DNA of 64,000 nt from Eledone cirrhosa (taxonomy: Eukaryota), in NCBI GenBank assembly GCA_964016885.1, contig OZ024741.1, forward strand, positions 330,274,001-330,338,000, given 5' to 3'. Each line of letters begins with the position of its first letter. The first letter of the stretch is position 1. The notes under the pieces were generated by a model. That model was not told the DNA's origin. It ran no database searches and saw nothing but the letters and a program-made list of their open reading frames with translations. Both the position numbers and the translations under genes were made by a program. Of this stretch, positions 1 through 12,364 are shown one piece after another.

Positions 1-2580
1 TTTTTCCATGGTTGTATGGGTCCTGAGTACAGCATTGCTCCACTTTTCGCATTGCTGTGTCATCTCTGTCTCAGCAATTTGAGGTCAGCTCTCACCTTTG
101 GCCAGGTTTTTCTTGGTCTACCTCTTCTGCGACTTCCTTCCACCTCGATTTCTTGGTACTTCTGCACCAAATGAATATGAAATAAATCACCCATTTTAAA
201 AGGTTTCTGTTTAAAATCTTCCAACGTAATTCTATATAAGAACCCCTTGTAAACAACTATTTTAGAAATAAAATAGATAATAATTTCAATAAATCCCTCC
301 AAATTCTTCCTTAAGTAATTGAAACAGACGCATGTCATTAGAAATGTGGTCATTTTTCCAAAATCAGTAAATGTATATATATAAAATAGATTTTACCCTG
401 TATGGACCACAGCAAATGCTTTTTTAGCTTGTTCATAGAATTTAAATCTTTCAACTGGGATCAATATAATCTGCAAATATATACATATATGTTATTATTA
501 TCATTGTCATCCTTAGTTTTATATCTGTTTTTTTATACAGCATGGGTTTAATGAAACTTTTTGAACAGTTGTTTTTAAACAAGATACAAAGATCTTAACA
601 CATCTCAACACTGAGAAGTGGAATCTGATTATGTACAACGTACACAAATATCACTGCCTGCGAAGAGAAGAGACAAACACACACATATACATGTATCATC
701 ATCATTTTACATAAGTTTTCCATGCAGGAATGGGTTGTTATAGTCTTGGACAAGATATTGTTAAAGAACCACATCTTCCTCATATGTTCCATGTTTTGGC
801 ATTGTTTTTATGGCTGAGCACCATTCCTAATGCCAACAATTTACAAACCTTGCCTCAATGCTTGCAACACAGCAGATTCTGCTAAATGCATCCAAATGCC
901 ACGAGGTGGTGTTAAATCCTCATCATAGTCATTGTCATAGTTTTAATGTCTGTTTTCCCTGCTAGGCAGGGTTGGACAGGTCTACATATACCAACTCAGT
1001 ACTGAAGCGGAGTTACTGATCTCTCAAACAGGCCAGGGTTCTGTGTCTCACTTATGTACGGGCTCATGTTCTACCAAGTGCACAAGAGAGATTGCCATGT
1101 CTTTGACACAACTGAGGATCCTCCCAACCCTTTGTTTGGCAAGATTTCTTCCTAACACCAACACCCACTTTACAGTGTGTACTGGGTATGTTTATTGAGT
1201 AGATCATCAAACACTAGCGAGGCTGTCATGTCTTTGACATGACTGAAGGGTCCTTCCAACCCTTTGTTTGGCTAGCCCTCCGCAGCTGGATGCCCTTCCC
1301 ATTACCAACCACTTCAGGGTTGTTAATGTGCTGTTGGAAGTGGGGGGAATTTACCATCCAATTGGACCACAGCAAGTCAGAACAAATACTGCAGGGTATT
1401 TCATCCGGTGCTTTTGCTTTTAATTATGAGGACAACACTTGCTGCATACATTATTTCATATATTACTCACAACTCTGTTCTCTGCAGCTTCTAAAATGTT
1501 CTGGTATTCATCCCAGTGAGGCAAAGGCAAATGTTCATCTTCACCAGTTTTCTCCATCACAAAAGCCTACAAGTAAACAAACATATCAAATAAACACCAA
1601 TTGTAGCCAATCTCTTGGATTTTAACAAGGCACTGTAAAGATAAAGTTGATATAAAGAATGATGTGCTTATGTGTGGAGAGGTGCTTGTGTGCAGAGATG
1701 CTAAAAAAAGACGGAAAAAGAAGTTGGTGGCAACTTCTTTTTCTGTCTTTTCATCTTCACATGAACATGAACACATTATTTTAAATCATCGTCGTCATCA
1801 TTGTTTAACGTCCATCTTCAACACAAGCAGGGGTTAGACGGTTTTGTTCCATTTGATGCGGGAATGGTTGGGAGACCGTGTCTCGCTTATACGGAAATGT
1901 TTCTGGAAGGGTTTTTTTACAACTGGATGCCCTTCCTAACACCAACCACATTTATAGTGTGGACTGGGAGTATTTTTACCGTGTCTCCTACACAACCACC
2001 TTAAATGTTTGCAAATATATATATATATAATGGTTTCTGATTTAGGCATAAGGCTAACAATTTTTGGGGAAGGAAAGTTGATTAAATTGTCCCCAGTGCA
2101 TTACTGGTGCTTTATTGTCATCCCTTATTATGAAATGAGAACTTGAAATTTACAGCTCACACTTTTGCAAGTTTAGCTGGCTTTCTATGAAGTTGTAATG
2201 ATAGGGGACCTCAGTTCTCCCATGTTGCTAGAGCCCAGGTTTAGCTGGCCTCCAACAAGAGTTTCCTCGAGTGTTTTAATAATGGGCCTCAATTCTATCA
2301 TGAGAAGCAACATGAAATGAAGTATCAATGTGCCACCTGGTCCAGGAATCAAACTGTTGACCTTGTGATTGCAAGCCAAAAGCTATATCCACTAAGCCTT
2401 ACATCTTCACTATATCGACTGCAGGTAAAAATGTTTCTTACTGAATCATCATAGGTAACATCCAATGGTAGCAGCTGCAGTATAGCCTTTAATAAATCAG
2501 GTATTTTGTGACCTGGAAAAAAAATGTATTTATATATATATATGTGTATGTGTGTGTGTATATATATATACATACACGCA

Positions 2581-2908
2581 CCCCGTCCCTCCACCACCAC
2601 CCCCACCCGATCCACACCACCCCGTTCTATGTAAAGTTATGTTGGTGCCGCGCCATCGAGGCCGAAACAAATGAGATCGTGTAGGTGTCACGACAAAAAA
2701 ACACACAGTCCACGCTGTAATGTGGCCGTGTAGGCAACACGGTAAAAACCTCCCAGACCCACACTGTAAATGTGGTTGGTGTTAGGAAGGGCATCCAACT
2801 GTAGAAAACCTGCCAGACAGTCCTATGCGAGCAAGACAATCACTCTTGCCTCAAGTGGGACTACCCCCGTCCAAACCCATGCAAGCGTGGAACACGGACG
2901 TTAAACGT

Positions 2909-2940
<32 letters not shown>
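2581..2940 (+). mobile_element. 5'-truncated RTE LINE 3' UTR (or SINE-like unit) insertion with (GAT)n tail
   Basis: Absent in copy B (empty site TACACGCATATACTC near 19441). Flanked by ACGCA duplication (2576-2580, 2941-2945). Reverse complement of ~28519-28871 with few differences. Confidence 0.92.
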
Positions 2941-2941
<1 letters not shown>

Positions 2942-3625
2942 CGCATATACTCATACATACACACACATGTATTATATCCTAAGCTGTTTATGAACATGCT
3001 TAACCCTTTTGATACCAAACTGGCCCTGGTCCTATGATACAAGACAATTTGCATTAAAGTGTATTTATATTTATCAATAAAACCTTCAATCATAATTTTA
3101 TGTAAGAACCTTTGTTAAATGATGTTCCAAATACCAAATAAATAACGAAAAAGTTAGTTATGTCACTAAATCTCTCCAAATTCTTGATTATTTTCAATAT
3201 CATTTGAAAATAATAGGTTGTTCCTGACATGAGTTATATGGCAATAAAAAGGTCAAATTTGATACATACACACTTAGGTTGCAGAAACCAAAAGGTATTC
3301 ATTAATTCCAGTTTCATCATGAACAAATTATATGTGTGTATGTGTATCCAGTATTGGAGCACAGTTAGCTGGGTGTCCAAGATTGCGGCTATGGTTAGTT
3401 GGGTATTATAAATGATTAAGTTATAACGTACCATCAGCTCTAATTTCAATGGGGCCCTCATGGCAAATAGATGTCGTAGGAAAGTGTGCATCTGCCAAAA
3501 CTGAAATCAAACAAAGGAAATAATTACAAGATTGACTTCTCTAGGTATCAAGGTTTTTTAAATCTCTTTTTCCAATGTTTTGTTTCTGAAAATGTAGTGA
3601 AGCCTACACACACACTCTTGTGACG

Positions 3626-3877
3626 CTAAACTCCGCCAGTTGCAGACTGCGCATTAACACGTGATATCTCTCTCCCCAAAGTTCGATGACCAGCAGCAGA
3701 GTTCAAAGAGCAAAGATCAAGTCCAGTCCATAAATTGACATTGTCAAGCCATCGTTTTGGCTGCCGGTCTCTGCTTCTCTTACCAGCCAGCCTTCCTTCC
3801 AGGCATAACCTACTCATACCACGAGTTGATCTTTTTATATGGCCGTATAGTTTGAGTACTCTTGACATTAATAACAA
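3626..3877 (-). mobile_element. LINE ORF2 C-terminal remnant (duplicated at 20129-20380)
   Basis: Translation LKLYGHIKR...EGRLAGKRSRDRQPKRWLDNV resembles the post-RT C-terminus of RTE-type LINEs. Confidence 0.7.
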
Positions 3878-4559
3878 AACAAAAACAACTATAGTTCGAT
3901 GTTCCCCACCAAACTTTGTTTACCAATAACTTTCTTAATAATGCATATTTTGCAAAGATACTCTTTCAAACATGTAGATTACAATTATTATGATGAAAGT
4001 ATTTTTTAAACAAATTGTCATTTTCACTCATGGAAATACGAAAGTTATCTGTGATCTTAAAACGAAGGAATACCTTTTTTCTAACAAGCGCGAACTAGAA
4101 TGTTTTAGTATTTTGCTAGCAAAACTAAATAGTTGTCTGACAAATTCTAAGGCGTTCTTTCCTAAATGTAAATTCAAAATGATATATTAGTAAAAGAAAA
4201 TGTTTAAAATTAAGTTATGTTTGGTAATCATTAAAGAAAACATGAAGGGAAATAAATTATTGTAACTGATTTAAATGAATGTAAAATGAAATTATTGTTT
4301 GGAGATTGTTGTTTGCTTAAAAGAAAAGAACACCGATTCTAAATACCTATATCATCTCCATGTCCCATAGAAGCTAGAACTTGAAGTAAGCCAGGACTTA
4401 TTATGCAAGGAATTCCTTTCAACGGCATTGTTTCTGTTGAATGAGAAATATTAAATATACAAAGTGCGAATTGGGGGAATAATAATCGAATAACGTGATA
4501 ACTTGCAGTTATTTCCCTTGAAGGAGGCGTCTTACTGCGTCAACATAACCAGCCTTTGA

Positions 4560-5482
4560 AAGGAGTACACGCTGACAGAAATCGCATGTCTAACTACTGA
4601 TGACTTCATCAAGACTGTGAGCACAGCCCTTCCGGAGCTGACGGTTCAGTTTTATGTTCTAGACGAAATTCCTCAAAGGTTTTGCAACTGCCTTTTATGC
4701 TCTTTCTCCACTCAGCCCTATTTAGAACTATCTCCTCCCAGTTGTCTATAGCAAATGCCAGCTCTTTGAGATTGTTCTTGATGCTGTCCCTGAATCTCAT
4801 TTCGGTTTGTGTTGAGGTCTTTTTCCAAGATGGAGCTCACTGTAAAAGAGTTGCTTCGGGATCCTGCTTTCTTTCATGTGGACGATATGTCCTGTCCAGC
4901 ACATTTGAGATGTTACTTGCGACTCAACACTTGGACATTCTGCTTTGTTAAGAACATGTATGTCTTGCCATTTGATGTTGAATATGTGCCTTAAACATTT
5001 CTGCTGAAAAGGACCATGCAATTTGGTGTGTTTGCAGAATAGCGTCTAGGTTTCGGCGGAGTATAAAAGAGCAGACAGAACACATGATCTATACGCACAC
5101 GCCTTGGTACTGTTGGTAACGTTGCGATTTGCCCAAACTCTCTTTTCCAATTTTCTGGATGCGCAGATGTATTTCAGCATCTAAGGAGCCATCATTTGAG
5201 AGTGTGCTACACAAGTAGAAAATATATTTACTACTCCCAGCCTGGTTCCATCAACCATGATATTGGGTTCAGTATATGGTTCTCCAGGAGCAGGAGTAAA
5301 CATTACATTGGTCTTTTTAAGGCTGATTGTAAGCCCAAATGCTGTACACGAGGATGAGAAATGGTCCATAATGTGTTGCATGTCAGCTTCTGTGTGTGCT
5401 AGAAAACCAGCGTCGTCGGTATAAAGAAGGTCTCTGATCAGAACTTGAAAAGTTTTTGTCTTGGCATTAAACCTTCTTAAGT
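4560..5482 (-). mobile_element. RTE (BovB-like) LINE 3' part, cut by the duplication junction
   Basis: Fragments FGLTISLKKTNVM, QKCLRHIFNIKWQD and WTGHIVHMKESRIPKQLFYSEL, with frameshifts. Confidence 0.85.
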
Positions 5483-5822
5483 GGCACCAATATACAGCAT
5501 TTTAATTGTTTTTTCTCTCAATCTATAATTCTAGAAATTATATTGTTGCAGTAGATGTCTCTGACTATTCTCCATGGCCTTTGCTATTTTCTCCATGAGG
5601 CACAGCTGAAACACTGCTCAGACTGGGGTGTAGAGTCTGTCTCTCCCCCCTCCCCCTTTCTTTCGTTGATCTTTTTTTTCTTTTTTCCTTTAAAAAACAA
5701 AAATGAAATACACTATATTTCAATTAATTAATGAAGAATTCTGAGAGAATTATAAATTATTTCATTACTATGATAGTAAATTTATATATGGTTTTTGTAT
5801 AAATTTTGTTGGAAGACTTTAA

Positions 5823-6872
5823 TTTATTGAGTAATGTTACTCCAAAGAGCCTTTTCCGTCTGCTCGTATTTGTGATCAATTTCTTCTGGTCATTACTCAA
5901 GATTCATGACCATAGGTAAGGTTTGGCATGAATACCGAATTGAAGATAGCGAGTTTGTCTTTTACGTCTACCTCTCTTTTGATTACTCAATGCTGAAGCT
6001 CGCGCATTACTGCACCAGCTCCTACGGTTCTTGAATTTCTCTAACTGCTTCAGTGGAACTCCATTCACATGAAGAGTACACTGTGCGGATTTCTTTGAGA
6101 GGATGAGTGTCTCAGTTTTCACAGCACTGATTTTCATTGCAGCACTTGGCATCAAACCTATCAAGTGCAAGTCAGAGATCACCTTCTGTTTGGTTAAGTA
6201 ACATCATGTTGTCTGCAAATTCCAGCCAACTGATTTTACACCCGCCAGTCATGACACCACTTCCAACCCGGTTGCGCATGTCAATCCTGTTCATGGAAAT
6301 AATCAATAGAGGAGGTGACAGTATGCAACCTTGGTGGAATCTGATTCCCACATTGAATGGTTTCGATTTAGCACCATTTATCTGAACACAAATAGTCAGG
6401 CATTCGTATAGAGACTTCAGGGCAGCAAGAAGCTGACCATCAAAACATACTCCTGAACAACCTACCAAAGCAGGTCCCAAGGAAGTGGTCATATGCCTTT
6501 TCAATGTCAACAAAACAAGAATATATTTTTCAAGGACCTGTTGCAGTGTGAATATTTGGTTGGCTGTGCTGCGTCCGGGGTGAAAACTGCACTGTTCATC
6601 AGTGTGTAGCTTGGAAATCAAAGAGTCACTCCAGGTAGAGCCGCTACTTCTCTGAATTGAGTGATCACAACTCCGATACTATGGGCAAATTCAACCGGCA
6701 GGAGACCCAGGGGTGGACCCTGAGTAAGGTGGATGGATAACATCCATGAGTTTGGCAGGTCTCGCTTGGGGATCCAGCCGGATCAGTTGCAGACAGTTGT
6801 TCTGACAGTACCTGATGGAAGGAGGACTCTGACCTCACCACTCTCCCAGGAATAAGTGGACACAGAAGAAGA
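5823..6872. mobile_element. RTE-type LINE with inverted 5' segment (about 5823-6601 on -, 6602-6872 on +)
   Basis: Minus part encodes EQCSFHPGRST, QGCILSPPLL and FADN, and ends at GVTLLNK near 5823. Plus part resumes V.SLEIKESLQVEPLLL at ~6602. The collinear copy at ~51550-51900 has the two parts adjacent. Confidence 0.75.
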
Positions 6873-7167
6873 TTGTAATTTAAATAGAAACCCTTTATGT
6901 AGTTTTCTTTCATAGAACCAAAGTTGGTTTTGGCTGATTCATATCAAAGGGTTAAATGTAAATGTGAGGGATAAGAGTTTGCATGAAATTTAGAGGTCCT
7001 TTTTAAGCTAGGAGTGAACAGGACTGGCTGGTGAATGGAGTCAACATAGGATAAAGAAGACCCACCACCTCAGTCATGCCATGCACTTCACAACCTCTTT
7101 AGTGCAGGTGCCATAATAAAATACATCTGCAATACACTGTAAAGTGTTTGGCATTATTAAGAAAGTG

Positions 7168-7815
7168 CGGTGGATTGGCAGTATAGGTAGAGTGTCGGAC
7201 ACCATGCTTTGCAGTATAGAGTTACGACCCTTTGTATTCTGAATTCAAATCTTGCCAACGTTAGTAACACATTGGGGTCGATTTAATCAACTTTACCCTC
7301 CCCTTCAAATTGCTGGCCTTGTGCCTAAAGTAAAAATAATTATTAAGAAAGGGCTTCCAGCCATAGAAACCATGTCTGATTATGGCACATGAGCAAGATG
7401 TGCTTATTCAACCGTCTCTTGTCTTGGATTGTGATGGCACATCCACACAATAGAGATATAAGATTATATTCGTCTTCACATTGAACTGATGACAATGTAC
7501 TGAAAAAAGAAAAGGATCTGATTTTTTAACGCAAAGAAACAATGTTGCCATAGCTGAAAATACTATTCACAACATTCTACTTAAATTCTATGTATTATTT
7601 TTCATGTTCCATGGGTGGTGGATTGGCAAAATTGGTAGAGTAGGGCAATGTATTGGCAGTATCTAGGTTCAAATCCTGCTAGTGTTATCGTTGCCTCTCG
7701 TGCTTACAAGGTCGATAAAATAATATAGTACCAGTAATTCACTGGGGGGGTTGATTTAATTGACTTTCCCCTCCCCAAAATTGTTAGTCTTCTGTTTTAA
7801 TCAGAAACCATTATT
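7168..7815 (+). mobile_element. Two older copies of SINE family B (Nin-domain-like)
   Basis: Diverged matches at ~7168-7342 and ~7616-7815 to the consensus head GGCGGTGGATTGGCAG and core GGGGTCGAT. Confidence 0.7.
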
Positions 7816-7820
7816 TTCAT

Positions 7821-8010
7821 CGGTGGATTGGCAGTATCGGTAGAGGGTCGGACGCCATGCTTTGACGCATAGAGTTACGTCCCTTGCCATTCTGAGTTCA
7901 AAGCCCGCCAAGGTTAACTTTGCCTTTCATCCTCATGGGGTCGACGAAATAAAGTACCAGTAATGCACTGGGTAATTGCTGGCCTTGTGCCAAAAGTAGA
8001 AACAATTATT
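7821..8010 (+). mobile_element. SINE family B (tRNA-like head, Nin-domain-like core)
   Basis: Core GAGTTCAAA.CCCGCC.AGGTTAACTTTGCCTTTCATCC...GGGGTCGA...AAGTACCAGT, flanked by a duplicated ATTATTTTCAT. Confidence 0.85.
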
Positions 8011-8057
8011 TTCATATCGTTCCATAATAAATGTATTTTCTTTCTTTTATTTTGTAG

Positions 8058-8080
8058 ATACATGGAAAGAAAGCTCTCCT
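8058..8080 (+). CDS. SNRPG: snRNP Sm-G exon 2 (23-nt microexon, YMERKLS)
   Basis: tttgtag|ATACATGGAAAGAAAGCTCTCCT|gtgagt. Matches Sm-G FMDKKLS and is in frame with exon 3. Confidence 0.9.
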
Positions 8081-8187
8081 GTGAGTATTTTCTGAAGAAA
8101 TTTCTATTATTTTATATGTATTTTTTCCTTGATGGTATGGGTTGGACAGATCTTTTAAATCATTACAGCCTGCATTATCTGGTACAC

Positions 8188-8378
8188 AGGGCGGTGGATT
8201 GGCAGTATCGGTAGAGGGTCGGACGCCATGCTTTCCAGCATAGTTACGTCCCTTTACGATCTGAGTTCAAATCCCGCCGAGGTTGACTTTGCCTTTCATC
8301 GTTACAGGGTCGATAAAATAAAGTACCAGTAATGCACTGGATAATTGCTGGCCTTGTGCCTAAAGTAGAAACAATTAT
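8188..8378 (+). mobile_element. SINE family B, full length
   Basis: Consensus match with a 16-bp TSD ATTATCTGGTACACAG on both sides. Confidence 0.9.
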
Positions 8379-8519
8379 CTGGTACACAGCAACAGTGAAG
8401 CCTGACCAACTTTGTTTTGTATGTCTCATATAGCTTGTGATGTGGCTTTGTATAAACAGTCCACTTTGTTAGGTGGTAGTGGTGGTGCCATGCACCCGGT
8501 ACATTCTGCGAAGGGATTG

Positions 8520-8866
8520 GGAGGCACATGGCTTAGTGGTTAGAGCATTGGCCTTGCAATCGAAAGCTCGTGAGTTCAATTCTCAGACCGGGTGATGTGT
8601 TGTTTCCTTGAGCAAGACACTTTATTTCACATTACTCCAGTTTACTCAGCTGTAGAAATGAGATGATAGGGACTGGGGTCCATATCATTCCACTGCAAAG
8701 TGGTCGTGGAGGTGCCACGGCAAAAAAGCACCCAGCACTCACTGTAAATGAGGTTGGTGTTAGAAAGGCATCGAGCTGTAGAAATTAAGCCAGAATCAGT
8801 TCCCGTCCCACCCTTGCAAGCAGGGCAAAAGTGGACGTAAAATGAAATGATGATGATGATGATGAT
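8520..8866 (+). mobile_element. SINE family A (tRNA-derived, RTE-type tail)
   Basis: A-box TGGCTTAGTGG, B-box GAGTTCAATTC, core CCTTGAGCAAGACACTT and (GAT)n tail. Near-identical copies at 38974-39288 and 53439-53778. Confidence 0.9.
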
Positions 8867-10339
8867 CCAGCTGTAGAAACCCTACCAAAATGGAACATAT
8901 GAGCATCATGGTCATCTGCTGTGGTTAGCCTCAAAACGTGACAACTCATGCATGCATGGAAAATAGACCTAAAACAGTAATGATGATGAATCACTTCACA
9001 GTGTAATGGTTAATCTTTATCAAGTGACTGACAATAAAAAGCACTAAGGAGTGCCTTCTAATGAGTTACAGGTTGCCTGTGATGGGGCTTGCGGAGTTCA
9101 CACCTCAGTAATATATTCCATTTTGCCAAGTGTTTGCTGGAAATGTCCCTCACCATCTTTACTCTTTGCTGTCCATAACAACTACTATACACAGCAGAGC
9201 TGTAAAACTGGCCAACTATAATAATTATCACCATTGTTTTTTTGTCCGTTTCTGCACGCTTGTATGTTGTTGTTGTTGTATGTCTTACAGTTAAGGCAGT
9301 GAATTGGCAGGATCATTAGATCGACAGATAGATTGCTTTGCATTATTCATTTTGGCTCGCTGCACTTAAATTCTATCAAGGTTAACTTTGTCTTGCATTC
9401 CTTTCAGTAAAGTCAGTAAAGTGCCAGTTGATTCATCCTCTCTGTCTCTCTCTCTGGAAGAAATCGGCAATGGTGGTACCTAGTGAGGGAACAGTGCTGC
9501 CCGATTTAAAGTGACCCTAAAACTCTCAGTAGTTATGGGAACATTAACAGTGATATATGTCTCATAGCTTAAACTGAGTGTGTTTTATCTTGTCGCCAAT
9601 ACTAGTGAAGTTGTTTGCAGTAGAGCTAGAGTATCTTCAACTTAGTATCCTAGACAAATGCCTTCTGTGTGTTATCCATCTCTCTTATTTATTAGAGATA
9701 TAATATACACACACTCATACAAAGGGCTATGTCCCTTATATTCTAGTCATGTTATCTTTTGTAGTACAACTCCAACAACAACAAACGATCACCTGTGAAG
9801 TTGATGTACCTAATAAAAGCATACAACAGCTCTACATGAGCGATGGATTACTGTTATAGTGAGTAATCTGACCCCCTTCAAAAATTCACTCAGGTGTTCA
9901 CCAAGGATCTATTCTGTCTCCCAACACTTTTTAATTATGCCATCAATTGGATTGAAGAACATGACCTGAACAGTTTCCCAGGTGCTGCTGTGGAATGACA
10001 CTTTAGTATAACTAATCCCTTGACTATGCTGACCACCTTGCAATAACTGTGTTAATGTCCAATCTGTTATTGAATGACATCTACAGCTCATATCTATGCA
10101 GTTTAGCTGACCTTATAATAGGTTGCATCTGCTACGGGCCTCTGTCTTATCATGAAAAGTAATATGAAATGAAGCATCTTGGTCAAGAACACAATACCTC
10201 CCTCTGCCCCAAAATTGAACCCCTGACCTTATGATCATGAGTCCAACAACCTTACGATTAGACCATGTGTCTTCACATACCCTCAATATGTTTTCCAGTC
10301 AATTGCCCTTGCACGCTGGCATGAACATCAATGCTGCAA

Positions 10340-11000
10340 AGGCAAAGATAACATTTGTTGTCATCTCATCTGAGAGGATCTTCATCATACTCAATGATTC
10401 TGGAAGAAGCTGATCAATTCAAGTATCTCAGCACCATCTTCACTGCTATAGGCCAAGGTAGTGATGAGATGATGACTGCATCAACTGTGTGCACACACTA
10501 TATTCTGTCTTCAAAATCAGCTTCATTTCAGGTTGGAGAGCCATCTAACCACAAAAATCCACACTTATTCACATTACCCTTCTGTATGGTCAGTGGCCAG
10601 CTTTGGTTCAAGCTGGAGAGCTATCTAGCCACTAAAATCTACATCTTTCAAATGCTCATTTGCGTCATCCTTCTGTATGGTTGTAGCATGTAATTAGTGA
10701 GATCAGTGAGTGAACACATGCTAGATGGAAGTATTTGACTACTTTTGTCTTTGCTGAATCCTCTGTGTTTGCATATTGGATTTTGTGTTAAACTTTTAGA
10801 AATTCATTGTTGTTGCTGGATTGATTCCATCAAACAACTTTTAATCAAAAGGTACCACTGCTGGTTTGGTCCTACACTCCGTCCTTAACGAAGAAGTTGC
10901 ACCATAGCCTTTCTCAGGATGGCGTAAGCAATAAAATGTGCATCTGGAGATGTGAGTTAATATAAACTAGTCTGATTTTGGATTGATATCTGGTCCTTGA
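10340..11000 (+). mobile_element. Highly decayed LINE RT/C-terminal remnant
   Basis: LEEADQFKYLS and TKIYIFQMLICVILLYGC resemble RT motif 7 and the downstream LLYG motif. Confidence 0.55.
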
Positions 11001-11101
11001 CTGAATGGTGTCCACAGTGTCTGTATCAAATGTTACAATTGCTCATGCTTGTTTTGGCTTCTGTTCACTATGCTGTGATTTCACTGGTTGAAGCAGTCTA
11101 C

Positions 11102-11260
11102 TTACAAGGGTCGGCTAAAAAGTTCATAGGTTGACTATGAAGGAGTGATGTTAGGAATCTTGCATTATTTTCAATTCTTCTTATTAATAACTGAATTGTT
11201 TCTTTCTAGAGACTATGTTGAAAAATAAACCTCATTTGATCATACCATTGAGAGTATCTT
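11102..11260 (+). mobile_element. Mariner terminal fragment
   Basis: TACAAGGGTCGGCTAAAAAGTTCATAGGTTGACTATGAAGGAGTGATG matches the end of the mariner at 26646. Confidence 0.75.
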
Positions 11261-12239
11261 ATTTTACAAATAAATGTGAGATTTCTGATTGTTTTAAGAT
11301 ATGGCTTCTAGCCATATTGACCATTCAAGGTTCCTAAAAAAAGTACCAGTCTAGTACTGGCGTCGATTCTTCTTCTGTATCTCTTCCTCACTTCCATTCT
11401 TTCACTCCCTCTATCCTTCTCTGGAAGAAATCTGTTGTATTCAAACCTGGAGAGGAGACGGGTTTCGTCAGGTTTTAATACTCCAAGAAACACTGTATGT
11501 CGATATGTGCCCCTAGGGGTAACAGGTTCATACCCTACCACTAACAAATAGAATGCCAGAAAAAATACTGAAACTAATATATTGATAAGTTGATGTAGTA
11601 GGTGAGAGGATTACTAAATAGATGTTTATGATTATCTGTACATCAATGGTGTTAAGGAGTGAATGTATTATCATAATCACTTTATGTCCGCTTTTCCATG
11701 CTTGTATGGGTGGAACTGGTCTTTTCCAGCCCAGAATCCTTCCACTTGTTTTATTTCTTTATCATCTCCTCTGAGTTTCAGCAATTTGAAATCAGCTCTC
11801 ACCACCTCTGCCCATGCCTTTGGTCTTCCTTTACTGCATTTTCCTTCCACTGTTATTTCTTCACTCAGCGATCATCATTGCTACACATCATACGTCTATA
11901 TCTGTGAGGGCTTCTCTCTTGTACACATCTGATTCCTCTTATACCCAGTTTTATTTTTCTCAGCTCATCCATGCTTCATCATTTATGCACATTTATGAAA
12001 ACATGGCCGTTTCCCTCCAGTCTTGTTTTATTTTATAATTATCCTTGTATATCTGAGAGCAAGACTAATAATTTTGTGATCTTGATTGTAGTTTTGTGTT
12101 CTTATATGTATGTGAGAGAGCAAGATTTGGATGGTTTTATTGTTCTTTTATGTGTGTGAGAGAGAGAGCAAAACTATGATAATTGTGTGTTTTGGGGTTA
12201 AAAAATATTTTTATCATTTGTTTGTTTATTTTGTTTCAG

Positions 12240-12364
12240 TGAAGCTGAATGGTGGTCGCACAGTAAGTGGCATCTTGCGTGGCTTTGATCCATTCATGAA
12301 TTTGGTGATAGATGAATGTGTAGAAGAAACTAAGAATGGAGAAAAGAACCCCATTGGAATGGTG
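12240..12364 (+). CDS. SNRPG: snRNP Sm-G exon 3
   Basis: ttcag acceptor, gtaaga donor. Encodes [42 protein letters not shown] (Sm1 motif). Confidence 0.96.

Larger units (their letters stand above)
1..5482. repeat. Segmental duplication, copy A (continues off the left edge of the window)
   Basis: Near-identical to 16869-21976. Identical ORFs recur at offset 16868, then 16503 after a 365-bp indel. Identity ends at ...ACCTTCTTAAGT (5482/21976). Confidence 0.97.

Noticed and set aside
8520-8590. tRNA gene
   Set aside because: The A/B boxes belong to a SINE head that continues into SINE body and tail in three near-identical copies.
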